The notes under the pieces were generated by a model, which was not told the origin of the DNA, did no database searches, and saw nothing but the letters and a program-made list of their open reading frames with translations. Positions 52,108 through 62,025 of a DNA stretch of 64,000 bases are shown piece after piece. Positions within the stretch are counted from its first letter, which is position 1; every line of letters starts with the position of its first letter. A program made the translations under genes and the position numbers. The DNA comes from Actinomycetota bacterium (GTDB lineage: Bacteria; Actinomycetota; Acidimicrobiia; Acidimicrobiales; Ilumatobacteraceae), in assembly GCA_046091825.1 (NCBI GenBank), contig JBJTCK010000105.1, positions 4,251 through 68,250 of the forward strand, written 5' to 3'.

Positions 52108-53120
52108 CAGTCACCCGCCAGGCTGCGGTCGAGGAGCATCGCGTCACCGAAGGAGAGGAACCGGTACCGCTCCGCCACCGCCTCGGCGTACAGGCGGCGC
52201 CACCGCGGGCCGACAAACGAGTCGATCATCAACAGTAGCGACGTCCTCGGCATGTGGAAGTTCGTGAGCAGGAGATCCACGGACTGCCACTGGTGTCCCC
52301 GGGTGATGAAGAGCGACGTCCGGCCCGAGAGCTCGCCCGTGGCGGCCGCGGACTCGAGCGCCCGTGCGGCGGTGGTGCCGACGGCGACCACGCGTCCGGC
52401 CTTCCCGCATGCCTCCAGTGTCGCCTCCGGCACGGAGTAGGACTCGGTGTGGATGCGGTGCTCCAGTGGGTTCTCCGCGGTGACGGGCTTGAAAGTGTCA
52501 AGACCGACCACCAGCTCCACCCGGGCCATCGTCACGCCCCTGTCCGTCAGCCGTGCGAGGAGTTCCTGGGTGAAGTGGAGCCCCGCAGTGGGGGCGGCGG
52601 CGCTGCGTGCGTCGCGCGCGTACACGGTCTGGTAGCGCTCCTTGTCCTTGAGGGACCCGCGGATGTAGGGCGGCAGCGGCATGGAGCCGATTCTCTCGAT
52701 GAGCGCCAGCGGCACATCGTCGAGGACCTCGACCTCGAACGTGTCCCCTGCCTCGGTGCGCGCGCCCACCCTCACCACGCGCTTGCCGTAGAACTCGAGC
52801 ACCTCGCCCTCACGCAGCTTGCGGGCGGGCCGAACCATCGCCTCCCAGCACCGGCGCCCCTCGTCCCTCGGCTCGAGCAGCAGCACCTCGGCGGCACCGC
52901 CGCTTGCCCGCTGCAGGACCAGCCTGGCGGGCAGCACCCGGGTGTCGTTCACGACTAGGACGTCACCATGACCCAGCAGGTCCACGATGTCCGTCATGTG
53001 CCTGTGGGCCGGGGCCGAGGCGCCCCGGTCGACGAGCAGCCGCGAGGAGTCGCGGGGCTCCACCGGCTTCTGCGCGATCAGTTCGTCGGGCAGGTCGTAG
53101 TCGATGTCCGACAGTCGCAC
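52107..53120 (-). CDS. queA: S-adenosylmethionine:tRNA ribosyltransferase-isomerase
   Basis: 337 aa with MRLSDIDYDLPDELIAQKP, VVNDTRVLPARL and GTTAARALES. Confidence 0.95.
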   Translation of the reverse strand: MRLSDIDYDLPDELIAQKPVEPRDSSRLLVDRGASAPAHRHMTDIVDLLGHGDVLVVNDTRVLPARLVLQRASGGAAEVLLLEPRDEGRRCWEAMVRPARKLREGEVLEFYGKRVVRVGARTEAGDTFEVEVLDDVPLALIERIGSMPLPPYIRGSLKDKERYQTVYARDARSAAAPTAGLHFTQELLARLTDRGVTMARVELVVGLDTFKPVTAENPLEHRIHTESYSVPEATLEACGKAGRVVAVGTTAARALESAAATGELSGRTSLFITRGHQWQSVDLLLTNFHMPRTSLLLMIDSFVGPRWRRLYAEAVAERYRFLSFGDAMLLDRSLAGD

Positions 53121-53129
53121 GCAGGAAGG

Positions 53130-54107
53130 CTACGGGCTGGAGAGATGCCGCCACGCGGCATCCATCGCCACGCGGCCGCGCGGGGTGCGCGCGAGGAGGC
53201 CCTGCTGGATGAGGAACGGCTCGTACACGTCCTCGACCGTCTCGGGTTGCTCCCCCACCGCAATCGCGAGTGTCGTCAGGCCCACGGGCCCTCCGCCGAA
53301 CCTCTCGCACAGGGCGTTCAGGATCGCCCTGTCGACCTTGTCGAGACCGATCGCGTCCACACCGAAGACGCGGAGAGCCTCGTCCGCGGTGGCGGGGTCG
53401 ATCACGCCGTTCCCTCGCACCTCGGCGAAGTCGCGCACGCGGCGCAGCAGGCGGTTCGCGATGCGCGGCGTGCCGCGGCTCCTCCGTGCGATCTGCTCCG
53501 CACTGTCGCCGTGCAGGGGGACGTCAAGGATCCCCGCGGCACGCTCCACGATCGCGCGCAGTTCCGCGTCGTCGTAGAAGTCGAGTCTGGCCACGAGGCC
53601 GAAGCGGTCGCGCAGCGGGCCGGTGATCATGCCCGTGCGGGTCGTCGCCCCGATCAGCGTGAACCGCGGCAGCGAGAGCCGAATCGACGAGGCAGCCGGA
53701 CCCTTGCCGACCACGATGTCGATCTGGAAGTCCTCCATGGCCGGGTAGAGGATCTCCTCGACGGAGCGCGAGAGACGGTGGATCTCGTCGATGAAAAGGA
53801 CGTCTGACTCCTGCAGCTTCGTGAGGATCGCGGCGAGGTCGCCCGCGCGCTCGAGCGCCGGCCCGCTGGTCACGTGCAGACCCACACCCATCTCGGCGGC
53901 CACGATGCCTGCCATCGTGGTCTTGCCGAGCCCGGGCGGCCCCGCGAGGAGGATGTGGTCGGCGGCCTGACCGCGCTGCTTCGCCGCGCCGAGCACGATG
54001 TCGAGGTGCTCCTTCAGTTCGCGCTGGCCGACGAACTCGTCGAGCGCACGCGGCCGCAGGCTGGCCTCGTCGACGTGGTCGGCATCCGAACGGACGGCGG
54101 GGTCCAT
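53130..54107 (-). CDS. ruvB: Holliday junction branch-migration helicase RuvB
   Basis: Trimmed to ATG 54105-54107. Has [33 protein letters not shown] and [12 protein letters not shown]. Confidence 0.96.
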   Translation of the reverse strand: MDPAVRSDADHVDEASLRPRALDEFVGQRELKEHLDIVLGAAKQRGQAADHILLAGPPGLGKTTMAGIVAAEMGVGLHVTSGPALERAGDLAAILTKLQESDVLFIDEIHRLSRSVEEILYPAMEDFQIDIVVGKGPAASSIRLSLPRFTLIGATTRTGMITGPLRDRFGLVARLDFYDDAELRAIVERAAGILDVPLHGDSAEQIARRSRGTPRIANRLLRRVRDFAEVRGNGVIDPATADEALRVFGVDAIGLDKVDRAILNALCERFGGGPVGLTTLAIAVGEQPETVEDVYEPFLIQQGLLARTPRGRVAMDAAWRHLSSP

Positions 54108-54111
54108 GAAC

Positions 54112-54705
54112 TCATCCCGCACGGCGTGCCCCCAGCAGCGCGAGCGCGTCACGCAGCATCGACTCCGGGGCGTCGACGCTCGTGACCTGGCGCATCACGT
54201 CACGGATCTCGTCGGGCCCGTACCCGAGGGCGGTCAGTGCCTCCCTCACGTCGGCCGCGGCGGACTGCACGGAGCCGTCCGGCCCGACCGTGGTGACGGA
54301 GTCGACGTTGAGCCTCGACTTCAGTTCCACCATCAACCGCTCGGCGGTCTTCTTGCCGACCCCGGGGACCGCGGTGAGCGCGGCAGTGTCACCGGAGGCG
54401 ACGATGGTGACGAGGGACTGCGGCGAGTACGTGGAGAGGATCGCCATCGCCATCGCCGGGCCGATTCCGTGCGTGGCGATGAGCACATCGAACGTGTCCC
54501 GCTCGGTGCGGCTCGTGAAGGCGTACAGCGTCTGGGCGTCGTCCCTGATGTGGTGGTGGACGTGGACGAACACCGGCGACGTGGGCTCCATCTCCGCGAA
54601 CGTGGCGGAGGTGACGATGCACAGGTAGCCGACCCCGTGGACCTCGATGAGGACGGAGGACGGTGCGGTGCGCTCGAGGACGCTGCCGCGCAGGCTCCCG
54701 ATCAT
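54112..54705 (-). CDS. ruvA: Holliday junction DNA-binding protein RuvA
   Basis: Trimmed to ATG 54703-54705 ([12 protein letters not shown]..). Has HhH repeats ([12 protein letters not shown]). ATGA overlap with the ruvC stop. Confidence 0.94.
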   Translation of the reverse strand: MIGSLRGSVLERTAPSSVLIEVHGVGYLCIVTSATFAEMEPTSPVFVHVHHHIRDDAQTLYAFTSRTERDTFDVLIATHGIGPAMAMAILSTYSPQSLVTIVASGDTAALTAVPGVGKKTAERLMVELKSRLNVDSVTTVGPDGSVQSAAADVREALTALGYGPDEIRDVMRQVTSVDAPESMLRDALALLGARRAG

Positions 54706-55220
54706 GCCCGCCCCCGCGAGATCGCCGCGTCCCTGAGTGCCGCGAACGGCGCCACCGCGCAGTGGCACAGTGCGATCGCCGCGGCATCGGCCGCGTCCGC
54801 CGGCTTGGGAACCGACGACAGCCCGAGGCGGTGCTGGACCATCTTCTGCACCTGCGCCTTGTCCGCGCCGCCCCACCCCGCAACCGCGTCCTTGACCTGG
54901 GACGGCGTGTACTGGGCGACGGTGCATCCCGAGTTGGCCGCGAGGGCGATGACCACACCGCTCGCCTGCCCCACGGACATGGCGGTGCGGACGTTGTTCT
55001 GGAAGAAGACCTGCTCCACGGCGACCGCTGACGGGCCGAACTCCGCGATCAGGGCGGCGACCTCGCGCTGCAGCAGGCCCAGCCGCTCCGGCAGGGGGTC
55101 CGTGGCGGATGTCCGGATGACACCCATGGACAGGGCCTTCGGCGCCTTGCCCGGGGCCGTGCCGAGCACGGCATACCCGCACCGGGTGAGGCCGGGGTCG
55201 ATCCCGAGGACGATGTCCAT
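54702..55220 (-). CDS. ruvC: crossover junction endodeoxyribonuclease RuvC
   Basis: Trimmed to ATG 55218-55220 (MDIVLGIDPGLTRCGYAVL..). Has VAVEQVFF and ADAADAAAIAL. Confidence 0.93.
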   Translation of the reverse strand: MDIVLGIDPGLTRCGYAVLGTAPGKAPKALSMGVIRTSATDPLPERLGLLQREVAALIAEFGPSAVAVEQVFFQNNVRTAMSVGQASGVVIALAANSGCTVAQYTPSQVKDAVAGWGGADKAQVQKMVQHRLGLSSVPKPADAADAAAIALCHCAVAPFAALRDAAISRGRA

Positions 55221-55276
55221 GGCGTTCCTGGCGTCCGCGGGGCCAGAGCCGGCGGGACAGGCAACAGCGCGGGGAC

Positions 55277-55290
55277 CGAACATAGGTTCG
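55277..55290. promoter_or_regulatory. LexA SOS box (Cheo-type GAAC-N4-GTTC) upstream of ruvCAB
   Basis: CGAACATAGGTTCG (palindromic) lies 57-70 nt upstream of the ruvC ATG. On the minus strand, TACCAT sits immediately upstream of it. Confidence 0.75.
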
Positions 55291-55337
55291 TATGGTAACG
55301 GGTGGGACGCCCGGTGGCGAGCCTTTCCGCGGTGGCG

Positions 55338-55796
55338 TCAGGCCGTGCGGGATGCCTCCACTGCGGCCACCAGTTCGTCGACAGGGCGGTACGTGAGACC
55401 CGCGATCGCCCTGTGCGCATACGAGATGGTCCCCGCAGGGCTGACCACGAAGACGCTGCGGCGGGGGAACCCCAGCGGGCCGATCGTGCCGTACTTCTCC
55501 GCCACCGCCTTGTCGGTGTCGGCGAGGAGCGGGACCTTGAAGCCGTGACGGGCGGCGAACGCCTCGTGGCTGGCCATGTCCTGGGAGGAGATGGCCAGGA
55601 CCTGGGCGCCGACCCCGGAGAAGGCGTCCAGTTCGTTGTTGTACGAGTTCAGTTGCTTCGTGCAGACCGCAGTGTCGTCACCCGGGTAGAAGACGACCAC
55701 CACGGGCTGGCCCCGGAACTCCGAGAGCGTGTACGAGCGCCCGCCCGTTCCGGGCAGGGTGAAATCCGGGGCGGAGTCGCCTATTCCGACAGCCAT
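55338..55796 (-). CDS. bcp: peroxiredoxin (Bcp / AhpC-TSA family)
   Basis: 152 aa with [24 protein letters not shown] (peroxidatic Cys) and [11 protein letters not shown]. Confidence 0.88.
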   Translation of the reverse strand: MAVGIGDSAPDFTLPGTGGRSYTLSEFRGQPVVVVFYPGDDTAVCTKQLNSYNNELDAFSGVGAQVLAISSQDMASHEAFAARHGFKVPLLADTDKAVAEKYGTIGPLGFPRRSVFVVSPAGTISYAHRAIAGLTYRPVDELVAAVEASRTA

Positions 55797-56542
55797 CAGC
55801 CGACCTCTTCCATGATTGATTCCGCGATGTCGAAGTTCGCGTAGACGTCCTGCACGTCGTCGTTGTCCTCGAGGGTATCCATGATCCGCAGGATCTGGCG
55901 CGCATCATCGGTGTCCGTCACCTCGATCGTCGTGGACGAGACCATGGTGCTCTCCGCCGACTGCACCGCGATCCCGGCACCTTCGAGGCCCTCCTTCACG
56001 TCCCACACCGAGGAGGGGTCGGTCAGCACGCGCCATGAACCGCCGTCGCGCTCCACGTCGTCGGCTCCTGCCTCCAGCGCGGCCGTCATCACCGCGTCCT
56101 CGTCGAGCGCGCCGTCCACGAGAATCACCCCGCGGCGGCTGAACTGCCAGCCCACCGCACCGGGTTCTGCCATGGCCCCGCCGAACTTCGTGAACGCGCT
56201 GCGCACGTCCGACGCGGTGCGGTTCCTGTTGTCGGTCAGCACGTCGATCAGCATCGCCACGCCACCGGGTGCGTACCCCTCGTAGGTGATCGACTCGTAG
56301 TTCGCCCCGTCGTTCTCGCCGATGCCGCGCTTGACGGCGCGGTCGATCGCGTCCTTCGTCATCTGGGCGGCCTTCGCCTTCAGCACCATCGTGCGCAGGG
56401 ACGCGTTCGAGTCGATGTCTCCCCCGCCCTGGCGGGCCGCCACCTCGATCTGCCGCGCGAGCTTGGCGAACAGCTTGCCCCTCGCCTTGTCGGCGGCGCC
56501 CTTCTTGTGCTTGATGGTTGCCCATTTGGAGTGCCCGGACAT
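55796..56542 (-). CDS. YebC/PmpR-family DNA-binding regulator
   Basis: 248 aa, [37 protein letters not shown].. Confidence 0.95.
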   Translation of the reverse strand: MSGHSKWATIKHKKGAADKARGKLFAKLARQIEVAARQGGGDIDSNASLRTMVLKAKAAQMTKDAIDRAVKRGIGENDGANYESITYEGYAPGGVAMLIDVLTDNRNRTASDVRSAFTKFGGAMAEPGAVGWQFSRRGVILVDGALDEDAVMTAALEAGADDVERDGGSWRVLTDPSSVWDVKEGLEGAGIAVQSAESTMVSSTTIEVTDTDDARQILRIMDTLEDNDDVQDVYANFDIAESIMEEVG

Positions 56543-56544
56543 CG

Positions 56545-57171
56545 TCAGCCTTCCTTCTTCTCTCGGGAGTCGGTGTGTGATGAGCCGTCCTCAGCCCGGC
56601 CCGGGCCGACGACGGAGACAAAGTAGCCGTGCAGGCGGTCGTCGCCCGCGAGCTCGGGATGGAACGACGCGGCCAGCACGTTGCCGCTCCGCACGAGGAC
56701 CGGCTCGCCGCGCAGTGACCCGATGACCTCGACCCCCTGCCCGACCCGCTCGATGCGCGGGGCACGGATGAAGACCCCGTGGAACGTGCCCTCGACGATG
56801 TCGATGTCCGTCTCGAACGAGTCGACCTGGCGTCCGAACGCGTTCCTGCGCACGGAGATGTCAATCGCACCGAAGCAACGCTGGTCGGCCCGGCCGTCGA
56901 GCACCTCCGCGGCAAGGAGGATCATCCCGGCGCACGTTCCGAAGACTGCCATGCCGTCCCCGATCCTCGCGGCGACCGCAGCGAAGAGACCCGAGGACTC
57001 AAGCAGCTGCGACATGGTGCTCGACTCGCCACCGGGCATCACGAGCGCATCGACGCCGTCGAGGTCGGCGGGTGTCCGCACCTCGCGAGTGGACGCGCCG
57101 CAGCGGCGCAGCGACTCAGCGTGAGCCGCGAACGCGCCCTGGAGCGCGAGGACCCCGATGACCGGGGGCAC
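56545..57171 (-). CDS. pdxT: pyridoxal 5'-phosphate synthase glutaminase subunit PdxT
   Basis: 208 aa with IGVLALQGAF, LVMPGGESST, FGTCAGMILLA and FHPE. GTG start. Confidence 0.94.
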   Translation of the reverse strand: MPPVIGVLALQGAFAAHAESLRRCGASTREVRTPADLDGVDALVMPGGESSTMSQLLESSGLFAAVAARIGDGMAVFGTCAGMILLAAEVLDGRADQRCFGAIDISVRRNAFGRQVDSFETDIDIVEGTFHGVFIRAPRIERVGQGVEVIGSLRGEPVLVRSGNVLAASFHPELAGDDRLHGYFVSVVGPGRAEDGSSHTDSREKKEG

Positions 57172-57197
57172 CTGGAGGCCTCGCGTTCATGCGCCGG

Positions 57198-58097
57198 TCA
57201 CCAGCCGCGTTCTGCGTAGCGCTGGTTGATCTCGTCCATCCCGATGCCGGTCATCGGTGCGCCGAGGCCACGGCTGACCTTGGCGAGGATGTCCGGGTCA
57301 CGGAAGTGCGTTGTCGCCTCGACGATGGCCTTCGCCCTGAGCGCAACGGTGGACTGCTCGCTCTTGAAGATGCCGGAGCCCACGAACACCGCCTCGGCAC
57401 CGAGCTGCATCGCGAGCGCGGCGTCCGCAGGCGTGGCGATCCCGCCGGCGCAGAAGATCGGCACCGGAAACCTGCCGGTCTCGGCGATCTCCTGCACGAG
57501 GGGCAGCGGCGCCTGCAGCTTCTTGGCCCAGTCGAACAGTTCGGCCGCGTCCGCCTGGGTGACCCGGCGGATGTCGCCGAGGATGCTGCGCAGGTGACGC
57601 ACCGCCTCCACGATGTTGCCGGTTCCGGCCTCGCCCTTCGAGCGGATCATGCAGGCCCCCTCGGACACGCGCCTCAGGGCCTCGCCGAGGTTTGTCGCAC
57701 CGCAGACGAACGGGACGGTGAAGGCGAACTTGTCGATGTGGTGCGTCTCGTCGGCCGGGGTGAGGACCTCCGACTCGTCGACGAAGTCGACGCCGAGGGC
57801 CTCGAGTATCTGCGCCTCGACGAAGTGCCCGATGCGCGCCTTCGCCATGACGGGGATGCGGACTGCGGCCTTGATGCCCTCGATCATCTCGGGGTCGCTC
57901 ATGCGTGCCACGCCGCCGTCACGGCGGATGTCGGCAGGCACCCGCTCGAGGGCCATCACGGCGCACGCGCCGGCGTCCTCGGCGATGCGGGCCTGCTCCG
58001 GGGTGACGACATCCATGATGACGCCGCCCTTCAGCATTTCTGCGAGCCCGCGCTTGACGCGCTGGGTGCCGACGGAGGACTGGGACGGAGAGGTCAT
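57198..58097 (-). CDS. pdxS: pyridoxal 5'-phosphate synthase lyase subunit PdxS
   Basis: Trimmed to ATG 58095-58097. Has [33 protein letters not shown] and FVGSGIFKS. Confidence 0.96.
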   Translation of the reverse strand: MTSPSQSSVGTQRVKRGLAEMLKGGVIMDVVTPEQARIAEDAGACAVMALERVPADIRRDGGVARMSDPEMIEGIKAAVRIPVMAKARIGHFVEAQILEALGVDFVDESEVLTPADETHHIDKFAFTVPFVCGATNLGEALRRVSEGACMIRSKGEAGTGNIVEAVRHLRSILGDIRRVTQADAAELFDWAKKLQAPLPLVQEIAETGRFPVPIFCAGGIATPADAALAMQLGAEAVFVGSGIFKSEQSTVALRAKAIVEATTHFRDPDILAKVSRGLGAPMTGIGMDEINQRYAERGW

Positions 58098-58103
58098 GGG
58101 CAA

Positions 58104-58109
58104 AGCGTA
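58104..58109 (-). promoter_or_regulatory. -10-like TACGCT 6 nt upstream of the pdxS ATG (leaderless-type)
   Basis: The minus strand reads TACGCT-TTGCCC-ATG. No SD is present. Confidence 0.4.
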
Positions 58110-58169
58110 CCGAGGGCCCCGCGCCCGTTCACCCGGCATTCGGGGCGGACAACGGTCACGGACGGGGGA

Positions 58170-59267
58170 TCAGGTGGCGGGCCAGCCGACCTTCTTCGGG
58201 TCGACGCCCGGGTCGACCTGGGCGAGGGACTTCTTGAACCCGAGCTCGATCCAGGTGCGGCCCGGGGTCATGCGGACGACCGCGCCGCTCGCGTCAGTGA
58301 AGTTGAAGACGTCCTTCTGCTCGGCCCGGGTCCACGTGATCGGGATGATGGCGCCGTTCGTCAGGACGAAACCGTCGCCCTTCCCTGTCGTCTGCGCCTC
58401 GGGGCTCTTGCGGTCCGCCCAGCTCCGCTTGTACGTGCAGTACAGGACGATCACGTTCCTCGCGTTCACCTGGTCGACCGGCGTGGTGCCCTCGGCCGAC
58501 ATGTGCGGCTCGAGCTCGCGCTTCACGTTCTCCGTGTACCGCAGGAACTGACCAGAGGCCGCGTCCCACTTCCAGTACACCTTCACGTTGTACATCGAGA
58601 TCTTCGCGCCGTCGACCGGGACCGCCGTGGACGGCATCGCGTCGCTCACGCCGCGGAACAGGAACTGTGCGGGCGGCGGGCCGGACCCCTCGGGCGCCAG
58701 GCCCCAGCCCTTCGTGGTGCTCGCGTAGAGGTTGTGCGGGATCTTGCGCGTCTTCTCGCGGTAGTAACCGGCCTTGCCCCTGGATGCCGAGTGGCCGATG
58801 TTCACGAGGTCACTGCGGTTGATGACCTGCGTGACCCGGGCGTTGCCGCCGCTCCACATGAACAGGGGCTTGTTGTAGGAACCGAGGAAGATCTTGTCCT
58901 GGGTGCGGCCGCTGCGCAGTGGGCCGACGGGGTCGCTGCCGTCGCTGTGGAACACCGCGGCGAACCGGGTGAGACCCTCGACGTTCTCCTCGATCACGAT
59001 GTCGGCCTTGTTGAGGCCTGCCTGCGGGCGGGCGTTCGGGTGGTTGTCGATCTTGGCCACGAGTGCGGGCCTTGCCGCCTTGGCGGCATCGTCGACGGGG
59101 AGCCCTGTGAGGGGGAAGAGGACGGCCGGCGCCGCCGGTGCGGTGGTGTCGGTGGCTCCCGTGGTGTCGGTGGCCCCGCTCGCACCGCCGCCCCCGCCGC
59201 ACGAGACCAGGACGGGCGCCATCAGGGCAGCCGCCGCGAGTGCTGCGAGTGTCGTGCGCTTCTTCAT
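58170..59267 (-). CDS. DUF3048-family secreted lipoprotein
   Basis: 365 aa with signal peptide plus lipobox (LMAPVLVSCGG), a tandem GATDTT linker, and VAKIDNHPNARPQAGLNKADIVIEENVEGLTRF, typical of DUF3048/YerB-like proteins. Confidence 0.75.
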   Translation of the reverse strand: MKKRTTLAALAAAALMAPVLVSCGGGGGASGATDTTGATDTTAPAAPAVLFPLTGLPVDDAAKAARPALVAKIDNHPNARPQAGLNKADIVIEENVEGLTRFAAVFHSDGSDPVGPLRSGRTQDKIFLGSYNKPLFMWSGGNARVTQVINRSDLVNIGHSASRGKAGYYREKTRKIPHNLYASTTKGWGLAPEGSGPPPAQFLFRGVSDAMPSTAVPVDGAKISMYNVKVYWKWDAASGQFLRYTENVKRELEPHMSAEGTTPVDQVNARNVIVLYCTYKRSWADRKSPEAQTTGKGDGFVLTNGAIIPITWTRAEQKDVFNFTDASGAVVRMTPGRTWIELGFKKSLAQVDPGVDPKKVGWPAT

Positions 59268-59268
59268 G

Positions 59269-60174
59269 TCAGATCTCCTTGAGGCGGGCTATCCGGTCCT
59301 CGATCGGGGGGTGCGTGTTGAACAGGTTATGGAACCGGGCCAGCCGTCCCGCGTCACCGACACCGGAGAGGGGCTGCTCGATCCACAGGTGTGCGGTCGC
59401 CATGGACGCGGAATGAGTCACCGTCACGTCGTCCCGCAGTTTCTCGAGGGCCGAGATGAGACCCGGCGGGTAGCGGGTCATCTGGCACGCGGAGGCATCC
59501 GCGAGGGACTCCCTGTTGCGGCTGACGGCGGCGTGCATGAGGCGGGCAAAGAGCGGGGCGAGGACCAGGAGGGCAATCCCGAGGAAGGCAAGGGGGTTCG
59601 AGGAGTCGTCGCGGTCGCCGCTGCGCGAGACCCGGCCGCCGTTCCACCACATCAGGCGGATCGTCACGTCCGTGAGGATTGCCACCGCACCCACCATGGT
59701 CACTGCGAGCGTGGAGACGAGGATGTCGTAGTTGCGGATGTGGGAGAGCTCGTGCGCGACGACCCCCTCCAGTTCGACCCTGTTCATCTTGTCCAGCAGC
59801 CCGGTGGTCACGGCGATCGCCGCGTGCTGGGGGTTGCGCCCCGTGGCGAATGCGTTCGGCGCCTCGTCCTCGATCACGTACACGCCGGGCTTCGGAAGTC
59901 CGCTCGCGATGCAGAGCCCCTCGACCAGGTTGTGCAGCCGCGGGTACACGGCCGGGTCAGCGGGCACGGCCCTGCTCACGGCGAGCGCGATCCTGTCCGC
60001 CTTCCAGTACGAGCCGAAGGCCATCCCGCCTGCGAGGACGAGGGCGATGACGGTGCCCGCCGTGCCGTTCCCGACCAGCACGCCGACCGCCATCCCCACG
60101 AGGACCACCAGCGCGACGAATGCGGTCATCAGCATGACCGAGCGGCGCTTGTTCGAGGAGATGAGATCGTGCAT
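59269..60174 (-). CDS. htpX: M48-family zinc metalloprotease HtpX
   Basis: 301 aa with TM segments, NAFATGRNP and HELSHIRNYD (HExxH). Confidence 0.92.
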   Translation of the reverse strand: MHDLISSNKRRSVMLMTAFVALVVLVGMAVGVLVGNGTAGTVIALVLAGGMAFGSYWKADRIALAVSRAVPADPAVYPRLHNLVEGLCIASGLPKPGVYVIEDEAPNAFATGRNPQHAAIAVTTGLLDKMNRVELEGVVAHELSHIRNYDILVSTLAVTMVGAVAILTDVTIRLMWWNGGRVSRSGDRDDSSNPLAFLGIALLVLAPLFARLMHAAVSRNRESLADASACQMTRYPPGLISALEKLRDDVTVTHSASMATAHLWIEQPLSGVGDAGRLARFHNLFNTHPPIEDRIARLKEI

Positions 60175-60203
60175 GGGACACCGAGCCTACGAAGGCCCGG
60201 GCC

Positions 60204-60749
60204 TCAGAACTGGACTTTCGGCGGGTTGTCCGCCGCCGGCTCTGCGTCGAAGTAGTCGCGGGGCCCGATTCCGGCGAGACGGGCGATGAAGAGGCCGGGG
60301 ATCTTCTGGATGGCGTTGTTCAGCCCGAGGACCTCGTCGTTGTAGAACTGGCGGGCGTAGGCCACCCTGCTCTCCGTCGAGGTCAGCTCCTCCTGGAGGG
60401 CGAGGAAGTTCGCATTGGCCTTCAGGTCCGGGTAGGCCTCGGACAGCGCGAACAACTGCCGCAGCGCGCCCGTCACGGCGTTGGATGCCCCGGCCTGCGC
60501 CGAGGGGGTGGACGGCGCGGCCATCGCGGCCTGGCGCGCGGAGATGACCGCATCGAACGTGGACTTCTCGTGCTCCGCGTATCCCTTGACCGTCTCCACG
60601 AGGTTCGGGATCAGGTCGAGCCGGCGCTTCAGCTGCACGTCGATCTGGGACCAGGCGTTGTCAACCCGGTTGCGGCGCTGAATGAGGGAGTTGTAGAGCA
60701 GCACGCCGATGACGATGACCGCCGCGATGACGATGAGTGCGATCTGCAT
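60204..60749 (-). CDS. lemA: LemA-family membrane protein
   Basis: 181 aa with an N-terminal TM segment, NSLIQRRNRVDNAWSQIDVQLKRRLDLIPNLVETVKGYAEHEK and YPDLKANANFLALQEEL. Confidence 0.92.
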   Translation of the reverse strand: MQIALIVIAAVIVIGVLLYNSLIQRRNRVDNAWSQIDVQLKRRLDLIPNLVETVKGYAEHEKSTFDAVISARQAAMAAPSTPSAQAGASNAVTGALRQLFALSEAYPDLKANANFLALQEELTSTESRVAYARQFYNDEVLGLNNAIQKIPGLFIARLAGIGPRDYFDAEPAADNPPKVQF

Positions 60750-60750
60750 G

Positions 60751-60830
60751 GTGTCTCGTTGTCTCCTTGTCTCCCGGACTCCCGGCTTCCCGGTCTCCCG
60801 GTCTCCCTGTCTCCCGGTCTCCTGCCCGCC
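60751..60830. repeat. nine to ten tandem 8-nt units (plus CGGTCTCC; mRNA sense GGAGACCG)
   Basis: Exact 8-nt phasing from 60751: gtgtctcg ttgtctcc ttgtctcc cggactcc cggcttcc cggtctcc cggtctcc ctgtctcc cggtctcc (tgcccgcc). It ends 1 nt from the lemA ATG (60747-60749). Confidence 0.95.
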
Positions 60831-60864
60831 CCGGCAACGGGAACCGGCGCCGCAGCAGGAACAG

Positions 60865-62025
60865 TCAGTCCCTACGGATTCTCGGGCGCCGCACCAGGCG
60901 GTGCTCGAATCTCCTCAGCATACGGGGCACCTCGACCACCGTCGGGTCGGCCTCCTCCATGCGCAATGCGCGTTCGTAGAGCCCCACGTAGTGGGCCGCG
61001 AGCGAGTCCATCGAGTACCCGGCGGACCGTGCGGTGCCCGCAGCGACGAGTCGTGCGGCCAGCCGGGGGTCCACCATCACCCGGGCGATGGCAGCCGCGA
61101 GTGCGCGCTCGTCGCCCGGTTCCACCAGCAGGGCGTCTGTGTCGTGGGTCGCCACGTTCGTGTAGCCGTCGATGTTGCTGGCGACCACCGGGGTCCCCGC
61201 CGCCATCGCCTCGAGGAGCACCACGCCGAACGACTCCCCACGCAGCGACGGAGCGCAGAACACTCTTGCCCGCTTCAGCCGTTCGACCTTCTCGGAGTCG
61301 CTGATCCGTCCCAGCCACTCGACTCTCGGGTCGGACCCGAACCTGCGCCTCAAGTCGGCTGTCTCCGGCCCGTCGGAGGCGACCCAGAGGGCAACGTCCG
61401 TGGGGAGATGCTCGAGTGCGGCGAGCAGAACCCCCAGACCCTTCCGCGGCTCGTGACGGCCGACGAAGAACACCGCGTTCTCACGGGGCATCTCGGCCCC
61501 CAAGAACGCACCGAGGTCGATCCCGTTGAAGAGCACCTCGTACTCGCCCGAGATGTAACGCTGCGCGAGCTCGACCGCGTCCTTCGACACTGCCACCCGG
61601 ATGTCGATGCGCGAGGCGATTCGCGTGAGCTGCCTGTTGAAGACCCGGTACGCCGCGGACTCCCCCGCCGAGTGGAACGTGGCCACGATGGGGGCGAGCT
61701 TCATGAGAACGGCGGAGAGCGACGGCCCGGGCACGAGTGGCTCGTGGACGTGGAGCACGTCGAAGGCCTCGTCGTTCAGCGCGCGGATCGTGCGCAGGGC
61801 CGCCGGCACGTCCGGCGCGAGCGGCGCGACGGAGCCGTTGACCGCGGTGGGGAGACTGTTGCCGAGCGGCGTGACGAACGATTCCGGCGGGGGGCCGTCG
61901 CACGGGCCCAGCACGCGCACCTCGTGGCCGAGTGCCCTCATCGAGCGCGCGAGCCCGAGGACCTGCTGCTGCACGCCGCCGGGAATGGTCAGGCTGTACG
62001 GGCACACCATTCCCACGCGCAGCAT
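60865..62025 (-). CDS. pimA: GT4 glycosyltransferase, PimA-like phosphatidylinositol mannosyltransferase
   Basis: Trimmed from ORF 60865..62343 to ATG 62023-62025 (MLRVGMVCPYSLTIPGGVQQQVLGLARSMRALGHEV..). Has FDVLHVHEP, FVGRHEPRKG and SLRGESFGVVLLEAMAAGTPVVAS. This matches my recollection of mycobacterial PimA. Confidence 0.8.
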   Translation of the reverse strand: MLRVGMVCPYSLTIPGGVQQQVLGLARSMRALGHEVRVLGPCDGPPPESFVTPLGNSLPTAVNGSVAPLAPDVPAALRTIRALNDEAFDVLHVHEPLVPGPSLSAVLMKLAPIVATFHSAGESAAYRVFNRQLTRIASRIDIRVAVSKDAVELAQRYISGEYEVLFNGIDLGAFLGAEMPRENAVFFVGRHEPRKGLGVLLAALEHLPTDVALWVASDGPETADLRRRFGSDPRVEWLGRISDSEKVERLKRARVFCAPSLRGESFGVVLLEAMAAGTPVVASNIDGYTNVATHDTDALLVEPGDERALAAAIARVMVDPRLAARLVAAGTARSAGYSMDSLAAHYVGLYERALRMEEADPTVVEVPRMLRRFEHRLVRRPRIRRD

